A DNA stretch of 64,000 nt from a virus, in the IMG/VR virus record IMGVR_UViG_3300042090_002485, positions 1 to 64,000 of that record; one strand, written 5' to 3'. Both the position numbers and the translations under genes were made by a program. Positions 35,340 through 45,102 of this stretch are shown here, one piece after another; position 1 is the first letter of the stretch; every line of letters begins with the position of its first letter. The notes under the pieces are model-generated. The model was not told the DNA's origin. It saw nothing but the letters and a program-made list of their open reading frames with translations, and made no database searches.

Positions 35340-35534
35340 CTACGCGGTGCGGAACAGGGACTCGAGCACGCTTGCGGGGATGTTCCCCGGCGTGGCCGCC
35401 GCGGTCTTGGGCTTCTCGACGAGGCCGAGGTCCTGGGCCTCCTTCACGAGGTCGTCGATGTTCTTGTAACCAGCCTGCTCGAGGGCCTGCTGGGCGCCCC
35501 ACTCGCGGGCCGTCTTGAGGTGATTGCTGGACAT
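35340..35534 (-). CDS. small tagged protein
   Basis: MSSNHLKTAREWGAQQALEQAG; CTATAAT 6 nt upstream of ATG. Confidence 0.7.
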   Translation of the reverse strand: MSSNHLKTAREWGAQQALEQAGYKNIDDLVKEAQDLGLVEKPKTAAATPGNIPASVLESLFRTA

Positions 35535-35551
35535 GCGGCAATTATAGCCGG

Positions 35552-35839
35552 TCAGCCAATGACTTCCTGGCCCCATGTGCCGTCCGCGCGCCCAGGCGCG
35601 GCCCGATCGTACGTTGTGAAGTTGTCCCACAGCCAGTCTGGCATGTCAGCGCGCCACGCGCTCGCCGCGTCAGGCGGCGCGCCGTCGTCCGGCGTGTCGC
35701 GCTTGGCGTACTGGATGCGCTCGGTGCCGTGGCTCTGTTCGGGGCCGGGCGGCATGACGCCGACGTCCGCGCCCATCGGGCCCGCGAATTTGGCGAGTGC
35801 GGCGCGCGCGCCGGCGGTGAAGGTCTCGCGCAGCGTCAC
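35552..35839 (-). CDS. small tagged protein
   Basis: MTLRETFTAGARAALAKFAG. Confidence 0.7.
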   Translation of the reverse strand: MTLRETFTAGARAALAKFAGPMGADVGVMPPGPEQSHGTERIQYAKRDTPDDGAPPDAASAWRADMPDWLWDNFTTYDRAAPGRADGTWGQEVIG

Positions 35840-36315
35840 GACTTGTTGAACCGCGAGACGTTGCGGTAGCCGGAGCTGAGCGTGTTGTACGCGCTCTCCA
35901 TGTTGTTCTGCGTCTTCACGCCACGCGTCAGCTCATCCCATTCGCTCTTGAGCGTCTGCGAGAGCTGCGAGTACAGCGCGGCCTTGTCGGAGATGCCGAT
36001 CGGCGCGATGTCGCCGTCCTGGACAGTTGCCTGGTTGCGCGCCTGCATGAACGAGTTGGACGTCAGCAGGAAGCGCGTCGTCCCGATCAGGAGCAGGTAC
36101 ATGAGCCCTTGCGGGAACGACTGCGGTGTGAAGTTGGTCTGCGGAGTGACCGTGTTGAAGGCGGACACCGCCATCTCGATGGCCAGGTTCAGTTCCTTGT
36201 CGGTGAACTCGACGGTGTCCAGCAGGATGTTGTTCGGCGCGTAGTCGCGCATGAACATCCTCACCTGGTCCTTGGTGACGACGGATGGGGTTGTTGGTGT
36301 CCCGACGACGGGCAT
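35836..36315 (-). CDS. head-tail adaptor-like protein
   Basis: Helical 159-aa protein (VRMFMRD...FTDKEL..AI) downstream of the capsid genes. Confidence 0.6.
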   Translation of the reverse strand: MPVVGTPTTPSVVTKDQVRMFMRDYAPNNILLDTVEFTDKELNLAIEMAVSAFNTVTPQTNFTPQSFPQGLMYLLLIGTTRFLLTSNSFMQARNQATVQDGDIAPIGISDKAALYSQLSQTLKSEWDELTRGVKTQNNMESAYNTLSSGYRNVSRFNKS

Positions 36316-36779
36316 CAGCGCACGAACTGCCGCTCGAGGCTGGCGACGACCTGGGCAATCTGCGCCGCGCCGCTCGCCGTCGTGATGATCTGGATGCCCT
36401 GGAATGGCAGCAAGACGGTCTTGAACCGCGCCTCGTCGAGCGCGATGAACGCGACGGACGTCGCGGCCTCGATGGTCATCTCCTCACCAGCGAGGATGGC
36501 CGGCGAGGCCGTGTTGACGGTTGCGGGGTCGAGGTTGACGAGCTTGATGGTGATGTCAGCCGAGCCGCCCAGGTCGACGTGGATCTGGCTGCAGACCAGT
36601 GGCTCGACCGTGTTCCAGTAGAACAGACCGCCGGCGGTCTGCGGCGTGTACTTGTAGATCGTGTAGTCCGCGCCGATCGGCGAGTCACCGGTGGGGAACG
36701 TGCCGTCAAAGAAGGCGCTCGACGTGATCCGCTGCTGGATCGCGGTGGCGGTCGCCATGGGGATGCGCGGCGTCGTCAT
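36315..36779 (-). CDS. hypothetical structural protein
   Basis: CTACAAT motif 8 nt upstream; TGATG coupling. Confidence 0.7.
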   Translation of the reverse strand: MTTPRIPMATATAIQQRITSSAFFDGTFPTGDSPIGADYTIYKYTPQTAGGLFYWNTVEPLVCSQIHVDLGGSADITIKLVNLDPATVNTASPAILAGEEMTIEAATSVAFIALDEARFKTVLLPFQGIQIITTASGAAQIAQVVASLERQFVR

Positions 36780-36805
36780 GCACCCCTATTGTAGTCGTCG
36801 ACGAG

Positions 36806-37291
36806 CTACTGCCGGGTTCGGCGGCGCTGCGGCGCGTCTGGCGACTTGGACGTGTCAGGCACGGCTTCGGTCGAGCCAGGGGCGCCGGTGGCCTGCTCGG
36901 CGGCCGCTGCCATCACGGCGGCGACATCCTCTTCGGCGATGACGTTGGCTGGCGGCGTGTGCGGCATGCTCTCGTCGGTCGCGAGGACCGGTTGCGCGTC
37001 GGCGGGTGGCACGGTTTCGAGGTGCGCGGGTGCTAGCGGAGCGGGCGGTGCCAGTGGGGCAGGAGGCGCAGGCGGCACAGCGATCGGCACCGCGCCGACC
37101 GGGCGAACGTCGACCCAGCCCATTTTCTTGACGCGCTCGACGATCTCGTCGGCCGCGGTGAACGAATCGATCTCTTTGGTGCCGCCGATGTGCCCGCGCT
37201 GGAACAGCACGAGCGTCTGACCGGTGATGTCGCGCAGCGGCGCGAGGTCGACCCGGCTGATGGTCTTGTTGACGATGACGAAATTGGTCAT
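36806..37291 (-). CDS. hypothetical protein (ordered N-terminal domain, Pro/Ala-rich tail)
   Basis: GGAGAA ribosome-binding site before ATG 37291. Confidence 0.65.
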   Translation of the reverse strand: MTNFVIVNKTISRVDLAPLRDITGQTLVLFQRGHIGGTKEIDSFTAADEIVERVKKMGWVDVRPVGAVPIAVPPAPPAPLAPPAPLAPAHLETVPPADAQPVLATDESMPHTPPANVIAEEDVAAVMAAAAEQATGAPGSTEAVPDTSKSPDAPQRRRTRQ

Positions 37292-37310
37292 GGGGTTCTC
37301 CAAAATCGAA

Positions 37311-37354
37311 GGGCCCTCTTCCGCAGGTCCCCGGCACGGGGTGGAAGAGGGCCC
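37311..37354 (-). terminator. strong hairpin (terminator/attenuator) downstream of the capsid gene
   Basis: 12-bp perfect inverted repeat GGGCCCTCTTCC/GGAAGAGGGCCC followed by TTCGATTTT on the minus strand. Confidence 0.6.
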
Positions 37355-37391
37355 AGGTCGAACAGTAGCGCGCCGCGGGGCGCAACGGGGA

Positions 37392-38330
37392 TCAGGCGAA
37401 CGGGAAGTCGACGCGCTGCATCGCGAGCGTGTTGCCGATGCCGATACCCGGAGCCGCGTAGCTCCAGAACTCGATGATGTCGGCCTCCTGCTTGATGTAC
37501 AGGGTCGCGTCCTGCAGCAGGAAGAACACGCCGAGGTAGTTCTGCGGCGCGAAGATGTACGCTGAGCGGCGGGTCTCCCCGACCGTGTCATCGACGATGT
37601 CGCGCTTGATCGTCGAGACGACCGGGATGCCCCACAGCTTCTCCTCGGCCTCGATGCCGAGGTCGTAGTGCCGCGACGCCACGTCGTTACCGACGCTGGT
37701 CGCCGGCAGGTCGAGGGCCTCGTAGTACGTCGACTTCGACAGCAGGATCTTGCCGATGGGCTGCTTGCGGTTGACGAGGGCTTGGAAGCCCTGCTTGAAC
37801 CCGCTCGAGTTGAACGCGCCCGCGAGCGTCCGCTGCGTCGACAGCGCCAGCGCGATGATCGCGTTGTTGGTCGCCGTGAACTTGGTGTCCTCCTGGTCGG
37901 CCATGTCCTTGACCGAGTTGTCCGAGAGGATCTTGCGGATGTCGTTCTGGTACGTCATCAGCTCGAACTTGTTCTTGGTGAAGCGCTGGCTCTCGGTCTT
38001 GCCGAAGTAGACCGCGAAGCGCTGACCACGGAACCAGGTCCGCTGCGCCGAGCCGTTGAACGGCACGAAGGTCGCGACGGAGTTGGGCTCCTTCTCGACG
38101 ATCTTCTTCGGCTGGTCCGTGTTCTCGTCACGGTCGATCTCGTCGTCGGCCAGCATGACCGGCTCGATGATCTCGCGTGCGAACGACTCCTGGCGGAGCT
38201 TCTGGCGAATGAAGGCGGTGCCCTCGGCTTCAGCTTCCTTCGTCCGTCCGTCCGTCACCTTGCGGACGAAGTTCGAGTTGATGAACTGGGCCGAGACCTG
38301 TGGCGTCTGGGTCTTGTATGCGGCGGTCAT
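37392..38330 (-). CDS. major capsid protein (HK97 fold)
   Basis: 312 aa; F.R.KLRQESFAREII, E-loop-like region, IRKILSDNSVKDMADQED..F; follows the protease/scaffold genes; very strong codon bias. Confidence 0.82.
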   Translation of the reverse strand: MTAAYKTQTPQVSAQFINSNFVRKVTDGRTKEAEAEGTAFIRQKLRQESFAREIIEPVMLADDEIDRDENTDQPKKIVEKEPNSVATFVPFNGSAQRTWFRGQRFAVYFGKTESQRFTKNKFELMTYQNDIRKILSDNSVKDMADQEDTKFTATNNAIIALALSTQRTLAGAFNSSGFKQGFQALVNRKQPIGKILLSKSTYYEALDLPATSVGNDVASRHYDLGIEAEEKLWGIPVVSTIKRDIVDDTVGETRRSAYIFAPQNYLGVFFLLQDATLYIKQEADIIEFWSYAAPGIGIGNTLAMQRVDFPFA

Positions 38331-38360
38331 GGTGCTGCTTCTCCTTCGAGGTCTCGGGGG

Positions 38361-38825
38361 TTAGAACGACGCCGTGTCGCCGCCCGTGTAGAACACGACG
38401 AGCGTCCCGTCGGTGGCGATGTTGTTCTGCAACACCTCCCCGATGATCTGGTTGTTGGTGGTGGCCGGCTGCCAGACGCCGGCACTGAACGTCAGCTTCT
38501 CGCCGACGGTGTAGGTCGTCGCCTCGAAGTTCGAGGGGTCGAGCTTGAACTCCGCGTTCATGCGCAGGCAGGTCACGCTGCCGACGAACGTCGCATCGAA
38601 GTCCGTGCTGTCGGTGACAACCACCCAGGTGGCCACGCTGTTGGCCGCCGAGCGGTTGGGAGTGGTTGCGAGCGCGACCGAACCGTCCGTTTGGACGGAA
38701 ACGACCGACCCAGCCGGCAGCGTGTCGGGCACGCCGGGCGTGGTCTGGTGGATCGGGAAGGTCTCGTCGATGGCACCTTCCTTGGGCCAACCGCGCAGGA
38801 CGTCGAACAGGCTTGCGAGCTTCAT
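38361..38825 (-). CDS. capsid decoration/cement protein
   Basis: Beta-rich 154-aa protein immediately upstream of the capsid gene. Confidence 0.6.
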   Translation of the reverse strand: MKLASLFDVLRGWPKEGAIDETFPIHQTTPGVPDTLPAGSVVSVQTDGSVALATTPNRSAANSVATWVVVTDSTDFDATFVGSVTCLRMNAEFKLDPSNFEATTYTVGEKLTFSAGVWQPATTNNQIIGEVLQNNIATDGTLVVFYTGGDTASF

Positions 38826-38849
38826 CTGAGTTTTCCTCTTTGGAGAGCG

Positions 38850-39212
38850 CTACGAACTGATGATCCAGGCGCCGAACGCGTCGTAAGCAGCATCGGCCGC
38901 TTCCTTTACGTTCTTGGGTTTGGTGGTCTCGTCCGAATCACGGTCCGTACCCGCGCCGAGCGGCGTGACCACGCCGCCCTGCTTGGCCAGCAAGTCCTCG
39001 ACGACGCCAAGCGACGCGTCGTCGGTCGCGGCGAGCTTCTGGCGGACGTCGTCCGTCATCTCCTCGCCGTGTGCCACGAGGTGAGCCGCCGCGATCTTCT
39101 GAACGCGCGCGTCGCGCGTCGCCTTGATCGCCGAGGTCTTCTCGCGCTCGGTCTGGTCGTAGTAATCCGCGAACGCGTCGACCAGTGCTGCGACCTTGAG
39201 GAGGTTAGCCAC
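38850..39212 (-). CDS. scaffold-like acidic helical protein
   Basis: Four K-x-A motifs in 120 aa; GTG start. Confidence 0.6.
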   Translation of the reverse strand: MANLLKVAALVDAFADYYDQTEREKTSAIKATRDARVQKIAAAHLVAHGEEMTDDVRQKLAATDDASLGVVEDLLAKQGGVVTPLGAGTDRDSDETTKPKNVKEAADAAYDAFGAWIISS

Positions 39213-39360
39213 GGGCCACCCCCAGCTTGCGGGCGAGCATGCCCAGACCTGCTGCCGCGACGAGTACACCAGCGGCCTTGGCGCGGCGCACATCCTCGCG
39301 ACGGACGTGTTCGGCACGCAGGTCCTGGGCAAGGGCGCGAAGCATCTCGGACTCCTTCAT
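39205..39360 (-). CDS. 51-aa protein missed by the ORF track
   Basis: MKESEMLRALAQDLRAEHVRREDVRRAKAAGVLVAAAGLGMLARKLGVARG; overlaps both neighbours. Confidence 0.65.
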   Translation of the reverse strand: MKESEMLRALAQDLRAEHVRREDVRRAKAAGVLVAAAGLGMLARKLGVARG

Positions 39361-39569
39361 CGGGACCCCGGCAGGTCGGCGTAGCCGACGTCGATGGAGT
39401 CGTCACGGAGGTTGGCGGCGAGCGCGCGGAGGCCGCGCGCGACCTCGGTGCGGGGCTGGACCTCGGCTGTCTTGACGGCTTGGACCTCGTCCGCGCGCCG
39501 GCGCGCCGACGTTGCCGCGTCGGCGAGGACCTCATCAACGACGAGCGAGAGGTGACGGGTTGCGCTCAC
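39357..39569 (-). CDS. small helical head-region protein
   Basis: Overlap coupling; VKTAE. Confidence 0.65.
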   Translation of the reverse strand: MSATRHLSLVVDEVLADAATSARRRADEVQAVKTAEVQPRTEVARGLRALAANLRDDSIDVGYADLPGSR

Positions 39570-39841
39570 TGGGCGCCCCTGTGCTGGAGGGCGTGGAGCG
39601 CGTCGACGATCTGCGGGCCAGCAAGGCCAGTCGCAACGCCTGCACCGAATCCGACGTTGCCCGCGCGCTGACGGGCCTCCTCATCCCGCGAATGGGTGAG
39701 GCCGCTCGCGAGTGCACCACCCGCGAGCACGCCTGCGCCGCCGGCGAGCAGCGCGGGAACGAGCGCCGGGTAAGCGGCGACCTTCTCACGTGCTGCGCGC
39801 TCGAGGCGAGCGAGGACGTCGGTGTTCACGGCGGCCGACAT
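39566..39841 (-). CDS. small glycine-zipper protein
   Basis: EKVAA followed by GGAGVLAGGALASG and GFGAGVATG. Confidence 0.65.
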   Translation of the reverse strand: MSAAVNTDVLARLERAAREKVAAYPALVPALLAGGAGVLAGGALASGLTHSRDEEARQRAGNVGFGAGVATGLAGPQIVDALHALQHRGAQ

Positions 39842-39847
39842 GGCGAG

Positions 39848-40441
39848 TTAGCGCTGCGCCTCCGCGACGAGGTCGTTGGCGACCTTGAAGCCGGCGACGA
39901 ATGCCTCGCAGCCGAGCTTGTGGATCTGGGTGACCTGCGCGTTCCAGCCCGCGTCGAACGCGCGCTGGTGGAGGTCACGGATTGTGTCCGCTGCGGCGCG
40001 GTAGCCCTGCTGCGCGGCTTCCTTGACGAGGTCGGCGTTCGCCGCGGCGAACTTCTCGAACGTGTCGTCGGTTTGGCCGACCGACGCGGTCTTGACCTCG
40101 ACCGGCGGCAGCTGATCGGCGGCCTGCTTGTACTGCGCGGCGCGGGCCATGAAGCCGTCGCACACCGCGGCGCCGTAGGACTGCGCCTCCTTCATCAACG
40201 CCTCGTGCTCGGCCTTGCTCAGGTCGGCGGCGAGCTTGGTGAGGTCGTCGACCGGCGAGCCTGCGCCCGCGGTCTTGGTCGCCTCGGGCGCCGTCGCCTC
40301 TTTGAGGGCCTGCTTGAGACGCTCGCCGGCATCACCGGACGGAGCCGATGCAGCGGGGGCGGGCGCCGGAGACGGCGCGGGGGCGGACGCGGTCTTCACC
40401 GCGCCGTCCGTTACTGCCGAGAGTGCATGCGAGAGCTTCAT
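39848..40441 (-). CDS. scaffold/core-like protein
   Basis: Seven K-x-A motifs; CCTATCATT upstream. Confidence 0.7.
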   Translation of the reverse strand: MKLSHALSAVTDGAVKTASAPAPSPAPAPAASAPSGDAGERLKQALKEATAPEATKTAGAGSPVDDLTKLAADLSKAEHEALMKEAQSYGAAVCDGFMARAAQYKQAADQLPPVEVKTASVGQTDDTFEKFAAANADLVKEAAQQGYRAAADTIRDLHQRAFDAGWNAQVTQIHKLGCEAFVAGFKVANDLVAEAQR

Positions 40442-40503
40442 GGGTGGCCGTCTCCGTTACGAGGGAAATGATAGGAAAGCGGGTCCTCAAAAACAAAACG
40501 CCG

Positions 40504-42261
40504 TCAGTGGCGACTCGTGATGATGTTGCCGAGCTTCTCCGCGACGTCGCCGAGCGCGTCGGACGCGCGTACGTCGACGCCAACGCGCGCGCTGCGCGGC
40601 ACCGCGTTCTCGACGAGGTTGACGATCGACATCATCGACGCGGTCTTCGCCGACAGCTCGGTGATGTCGGGAATCGCGTAGCCCTCGTCGGTCTGCATCG
40701 TGCCGCCGGTGCCATGGTTGCCGATCGCGCGCGCGCCGAGCACGCCTGCGGTCGCGGCGAGAGGCAGGCGGAACTTGCGCAACCACGGGAACGCGCCGAG
40801 CGCCTTGTAGCCGCCGAGCGCAAGCGCTCCGCCGCCGAGTACCTGGTTGCGCATGCGCGCGCGAGTCACTGCATCCTGCGCGTCGATCGCGGCACCGCGC
40901 GTGGTCTCGTAGGGTCCGACGTGCAGCACGTCCGTGGTCGGCGCGGCGTCCTGCCGGAGGCCGACACCTTCGGGAACGAGACGCCGGTAGAGCATCTCGC
41001 CCGCGCCTGCACGCTTCTGCGCCGCGCGCGCGAAGCCGTCCATCAGCGCGGCTGCGACCTTGTGCGACTCGAGCACGCCGCTGTCCAGCAGTTCGTCCAG
41101 CAGGTCAGGGCGGTCGCCGAACAGCTCGAGTGCGAAGCGGCCGGCCGCCGCGAACTTCTCGAACTCGGCCTCCGTGTGCGGCATGCACGTGTTGCTGCAG
41201 CCCGCGAGCTTGCTCGTGGACAGGTACATGAACTCACGGTCGGTGAGCGTGACGCCGTTGGCCGCCGCTGCACTGAGCGACTCGCCGAGCGGGTAGCCGA
41301 GCAGGCCGGCCACCTGGATGCGCGGCGCGCCTGCGAGCTTGGGCGCGAGGTGGTCCTTCAGCTTGACGATGAACGAGCGTTCGTCGGGCGCGAGGTGGCT
41401 CGTCGCGATCGGCTCGCCCTGGATCACCTTGTCGATGTCGGAGAGCTTCTGCACCGCGGCGCCCTTGAGCGCGAGCGCGTCGGATTCCTCGCCGAGCAGC
41501 GCCGACAGGCGAATCTCGGGCGTCGCTTCGGCGACCTTCTTGAGCGTGTAGCCGGTGCGGTCAGCCGGGCGGAACACGCGGCTGATGTCGAAGAAGTCGG
41601 GTGATGGGTTGTGGACGTAGTCCTTGAAGCCGTTCGCGTCGACGACGTTCATCGCGAACTTGACGTGGTCGCAGTAGTCCGCACGCGTCGGCGCCTCGTT
41701 GCCGCAGCGAGCGCAGACGTCGTACTTGATGCGACAGCCCATGCTGACGGGCACGAACTCGCCGTCGGCCGCGCGCTTGACCCACTCGGGGTCCTTGGCG
41801 TCGTCGACCGAGACCAGCAGCTCGACCCGGTGCATGCGCGGGTTCCAGAACGCCTTCTTCACCACGCCCGAGGCCTTCGCCGGGTCGCGGTTGGCGTGGT
41901 GCTGGAACGCGTGTGCGGGGTTGGTCTCGAACGAGTGGTAGTGCTTGGTCAGCTCCTGGCCGGGCGCAACGAACCAGCGGCGGTCGGCGGAGGCGATCTT
42001 GCCGCGCGCGGGCACGGGGAACTCGGGAAAGCCGTCGCCGTTGCGGTTGGGGCCGTAGGTCTCCTCGCCGCCCATCGCGCACAGCAGCATCGCGGTCTTG
42101 CCGGCCTCGGGCGTGACGCTCTTGATGTAGTCGAGCGCCTCGGACGCGTGCTTGGTGATGCGGCTGGTGTCGACCGAGCGGCCGCCGTTCCATGGCAGGA
42201 TGATCTGGGCGGTCAGCTCGCCGGTCGGGAAGAACTCGGGCAGCTCGATGAGCTTCTTCAC
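40504..42261 (-). CDS. prohead maturation protease (HK97/herpes-type serine protease fold) with a Zn finger and C-terminal extension
   Basis: YGPNRNGDGF, FQHH, VSMGC (putative catalytic Ser), CARC...YCDH, FFDISRV..PAD. Confidence 0.75.
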   Translation of the reverse strand: MKKLIELPEFFPTGELTAQIILPWNGGRSVDTSRITKHASEALDYIKSVTPEAGKTAMLLCAMGGEETYGPNRNGDGFPEFPVPARGKIASADRRWFVAPGQELTKHYHSFETNPAHAFQHHANRDPAKASGVVKKAFWNPRMHRVELLVSVDDAKDPEWVKRAADGEFVPVSMGCRIKYDVCARCGNEAPTRADYCDHVKFAMNVVDANGFKDYVHNPSPDFFDISRVFRPADRTGYTLKKVAEATPEIRLSALLGEESDALALKGAAVQKLSDIDKVIQGEPIATSHLAPDERSFIVKLKDHLAPKLAGAPRIQVAGLLGYPLGESLSAAAANGVTLTDREFMYLSTSKLAGCSNTCMPHTEAEFEKFAAAGRFALELFGDRPDLLDELLDSGVLESHKVAAALMDGFARAAQKRAGAGEMLYRRLVPEGVGLRQDAAPTTDVLHVGPYETTRGAAIDAQDAVTRARMRNQVLGGGALALGGYKALGAFPWLRKFRLPLAATAGVLGARAIGNHGTGGTMQTDEGYAIPDITELSAKTASMMSIVNLVENAVPRSARVGVDVRASDALGDVAEKLGNIITSRH

Positions 42262-42809
42262 GGCAGCAGGCTCCGCAGCAGGCGCGCGCCGTCGCCGCGG
42301 TGGCGCACGAGCAGCACGAGCGCGGCGTGCTTGGCGTCCGGGTCGGACAGGGCGCACGCGGCCTCGAGGACATCGTCGACGAGGATCGCCGCCGCGAGCT
42401 TCTGTGGGGACGACAGTGCGCCGGCCATATCGTCGTTGGTCGCGGGGCTCGGGCGGCTGAGCTTGCTCTTGAGCAGCTCGCCGAGGCCCTGCATGCCGCC
42501 GACGCCGGCGGCCGTCATCAGCGCCTGGTTACGCGCGTCACGCAGCAGCTCGTGACCCTGGTTGCCGGCGTCGCGCGCGAGTAGATGGCCGACGCCGAGC
42601 GCAGGGATGCCCAGGCCGACACCCCAACCCAGGCCGCGCTGCAGCGCGGACATCGCTGCGGGGTCGATTGCAGCGCGCTTGAACATGCCGAACGCGGCGA
42701 AGTCAGCAAGCGCGGCGCGCTCGAGCAGCGTGGCCGACGGCGGGCGCGCCGACGCGATCTTCTCCGCGAGGAGGACCGACGTCTCGAGGGCCTGGTTGAG
42801 CGCGGTCAT
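42258..42809 (-). CDS. head-region protein with a central TM segment
   Basis: EKIAS, FKRAA, QKLAA. Confidence 0.65.
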   Translation of the reverse strand: MTALNQALETSVLLAEKIASARPPSATLLERAALADFAAFGMFKRAAIDPAAMSALQRGLGWGVGLGIPALGVGHLLARDAGNQGHELLRDARNQALMTAAGVGGMQGLGELLKSKLSRPSPATNDDMAGALSSPQKLAAAILVDDVLEAACALSDPDAKHAALVLLVRHRGDGARLLRSLLP

Positions 42810-42813
42810 GGGG

Positions 42814-43083
42814 TCACCGCGCCGGTGCGACGGTGCGCCGTAGCAGCTCAGCGAGCGCGGAGTCCTCAGCGATCTTGGTGCCGGTCACCGCCGCGAGCGC
42901 GCCGAGGCCGTCGGCGATTGCGCGCGCTTCCTTGCGGCGGCGGTACGCGCGCTCGCCGATGGTCTTGACCGCGACGCCGATGTTCAACTCGGGGACGCCG
43001 AGCATCGCGCCGGCGATCTTGTGCAGGCCGTGGTGCGCGACGGCCGCGGTGACGGAGGGCGGGATGAGGTCATCGAGGGTCAT
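42814..43083 (-). CDS. small head-region protein
   Basis: AAGGA ribosome-binding site; HKIAG, TKIAE. Confidence 0.65.
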   Translation of the reverse strand: MTLDDLIPPSVTAAVAHHGLHKIAGAMLGVPELNIGVAVKTIGERAYRRRKEARAIADGLGALAAVTGTKIAEDSALAELLRRTVAPAR

Positions 43084-44188
43084 CGTGAGTCCTTTCACCG
43101 ATAGGCTGCAGCTCGTACGCCTTGGGTTGCGGAAACAACCATTCGGACAAGGCGCCTCCACCGGCACCGAGTGCGCCGCCGAGGCCTCCGCCGATGAGTG
43201 CGCCGCGTGCGCGATGTTTGTCGTCGGACAAGGCTCCGCCGAGCGCCCCCATTCCGGCACCCGTCAGGCCACCGAGCGCCGTGGACTTCAGGATGTCGGT
43301 GGGTCGGTCTTTGCGCGCTTGCTCGGCTGCCATTTCGAGCAGTTGTTTGATGGCCTGGTCGTGCGACATTTCGGCCGCGCGCTTGTCACCGCCGCCGGTC
43401 ACGGCGCGCTCGGCGTCGGCGAGCAGCTTGATCGACATGTAGTCCGGGCCCGCGCCAGTCATCACGGCCTGGCGGAGGAACGAGCGCACCGCGTTCTCGT
43501 CGGTGGACAGCACGGGCGCGAATCGCGTCATGCTGTGGTACGCGCCCATCAGCGTGGCGTCGTCGGCACCGGCGAGCACCGAGTCGGTCTTCTTGAGCTT
43601 GCCGACGATGGCCTCGCGCGCGGCCTGGTCGCCAGCATGCCCGACGGCCTCCACCGCCTTGGCGGCCATGTCGCGGAGCAGGCCGAAGCCGGCCTTGCCC
43701 GCCTCGGCGCCGAACGCCTTGGCCGCTGCGCCGCCGCCGATGCCGAGCGTGTCCTGCCGCTCGCCCAGCTCGCGGCCGAACAGCTTCTTCTCGACGAGCG
43801 AGCTGAGGCCGTGGGCGACACCCTTGCCGGGCGCCGCGCCGATCTCGCCCAGGCTGCCCTTCGCGCCCTCGAGGAGCCCGCCGCCGATGGCTTGGCCGGC
43901 GCCCATCGCGCCGCGGCCCGCGGCTCCTGCCGCCGCGCCCGCCGCCGCCTTGGGGTTGTGGAACAGCTGCGCGAGCGGCAGCGCGAGCTGCATCGGCAGC
44001 GCAGCGGTCTTCGGCAACGACGCCTCATCGACGGCGTGCTCGGTCGAGTGCGCGCGCTCGAGCGCCCTCTCGACGATGCTGGGGATCATCGCGCCGACGG
44101 CGAGCGGCAACATCACGCCAGCGCGCTTCTGCGTGTGGCGCTCGAGCGCACGACGGGTGGTCAGCGCGAGGACGTCGCTCAGCTGCAC
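43070..44188 (-). CDS. glycine-zipper internal-head-like protein, possibly a polyprotein
   Basis: Modules separated by QKRAG, PKTAA and DKRAA; C-terminal Gly-zipper hairpin. Confidence 0.7.
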   Translation of the reverse strand: MQLSDVLALTTRRALERHTQKRAGVMLPLAVGAMIPSIVERALERAHSTEHAVDEASLPKTAALPMQLALPLAQLFHNPKAAAGAAAGAAGRGAMGAGQAIGGGLLEGAKGSLGEIGAAPGKGVAHGLSSLVEKKLFGRELGERQDTLGIGGGAAAKAFGAEAGKAGFGLLRDMAAKAVEAVGHAGDQAAREAIVGKLKKTDSVLAGADDATLMGAYHSMTRFAPVLSTDENAVRSFLRQAVMTGAGPDYMSIKLLADAERAVTGGGDKRAAEMSHDQAIKQLLEMAAEQARKDRPTDILKSTALGGLTGAGMGALGGALSDDKHRARGALIGGGLGGALGAGGGALSEWLFPQPKAYELQPIGERTHDDPR

Positions 44189-45102
44189 TGGATCCTCACG
44201 AATTCCGCGCCGCGGCGCAGCTTGTCAGCTTCGGCCGCGATGCTGGCGAGCTTCTCGAACAGGCGCGTCGCCTCGTTCTCGGTGACGAGGTGGCGGTCGA
44301 CCAGCGCGGCGTGCTTGGCGCAGATGTCTTCGTGCGTCAGGGGCGGCAGGCGCCGCGACTCGCGCACGAGGTTGAGGACGACGGCGCCGAACGCGTCGCC
44401 GCGCAGCGCCATCGCGTCCTTCTCGAAGGCCTCGAGCGACGGGCCGCCCCAGGCGCGGCTGAGCGAGCGCTCGAGGGCTCCGAACGTGTCCTCGAACAGC
44501 CACTCGGCCTGCTTGTACTGGTCCTCGAGCACAGAGGCGAACTTGCGCCGGCGCTCGCCGCGGAACGCCGCTTCCTTGGCCTCGTCCTTCTTCGACTCCT
44601 TGGGCGGCTCCTTCTTCTCGGGCTTGTCCTTCTTGCCGTCGTCGTCCTTGGACTTCTGCTTCTCGCCCTTGGGGAACGGCCCGTCGTTGTCGTCGTCGAT
44701 CGGTGGTTCGCCCTTGGGCTCGCCGCCCTGGCCGCTGGCCATCATGGCCTCGCCTTCGCCGATCTCGTTGGGCAGCGGCCCCTCGTCGCCGTCGGGCTCA
44801 GCGTGCGGCGGTTCCTCGTGCGGAAGGTCGACGCCGCCCATGATGTGCTGCAGGACCTGGCGCGGGTCGATTGGGTCGAACTCGCCGGTCATGTCGGGCA
44901 CGCCCTGCTGCTTCTGTTGTTCCATCAGCCGCAGGAACGCCATCGTGTTCGCGGCCTGGACAAGGCGCGCGACCTGATCGGGGTTGAGCTGCCCCTGTTG
45001 CGCTTCCATCGCGGCCATGTCGGCGAGCTTCTCGCCGCTCATGAAGCGATCGACCACCCGCTGGGCCATTTGGTCGAAGTCCTTCTCTTGGTAGGCGCGC
45101 AT
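44179..45102 (-). CDS. internal-head/scaffold-like protein with a Lys/Asp-rich linker
   Basis: EKLAD, AKEAA, AKHAA, EKLAS. Confidence 0.7.
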   Translation of the reverse strand: MRAYQEKDFDQMAQRVVDRFMSGEKLADMAAMEAQQGQLNPDQVARLVQAANTMAFLRLMEQQKQQGVPDMTGEFDPIDPRQVLQHIMGGVDLPHEEPPHAEPDGDEGPLPNEIGEGEAMMASGQGGEPKGEPPIDDDNDGPFPKGEKQKSKDDDGKKDKPEKKEPPKESKKDEAKEAAFRGERRRKFASVLEDQYKQAEWLFEDTFGALERSLSRAWGGPSLEAFEKDAMALRGDAFGAVVLNLVRESRRLPPLTHEDICAKHAALVDRHLVTENEATRLFEKLASIAAEADKLRRGAEFVRIQCS

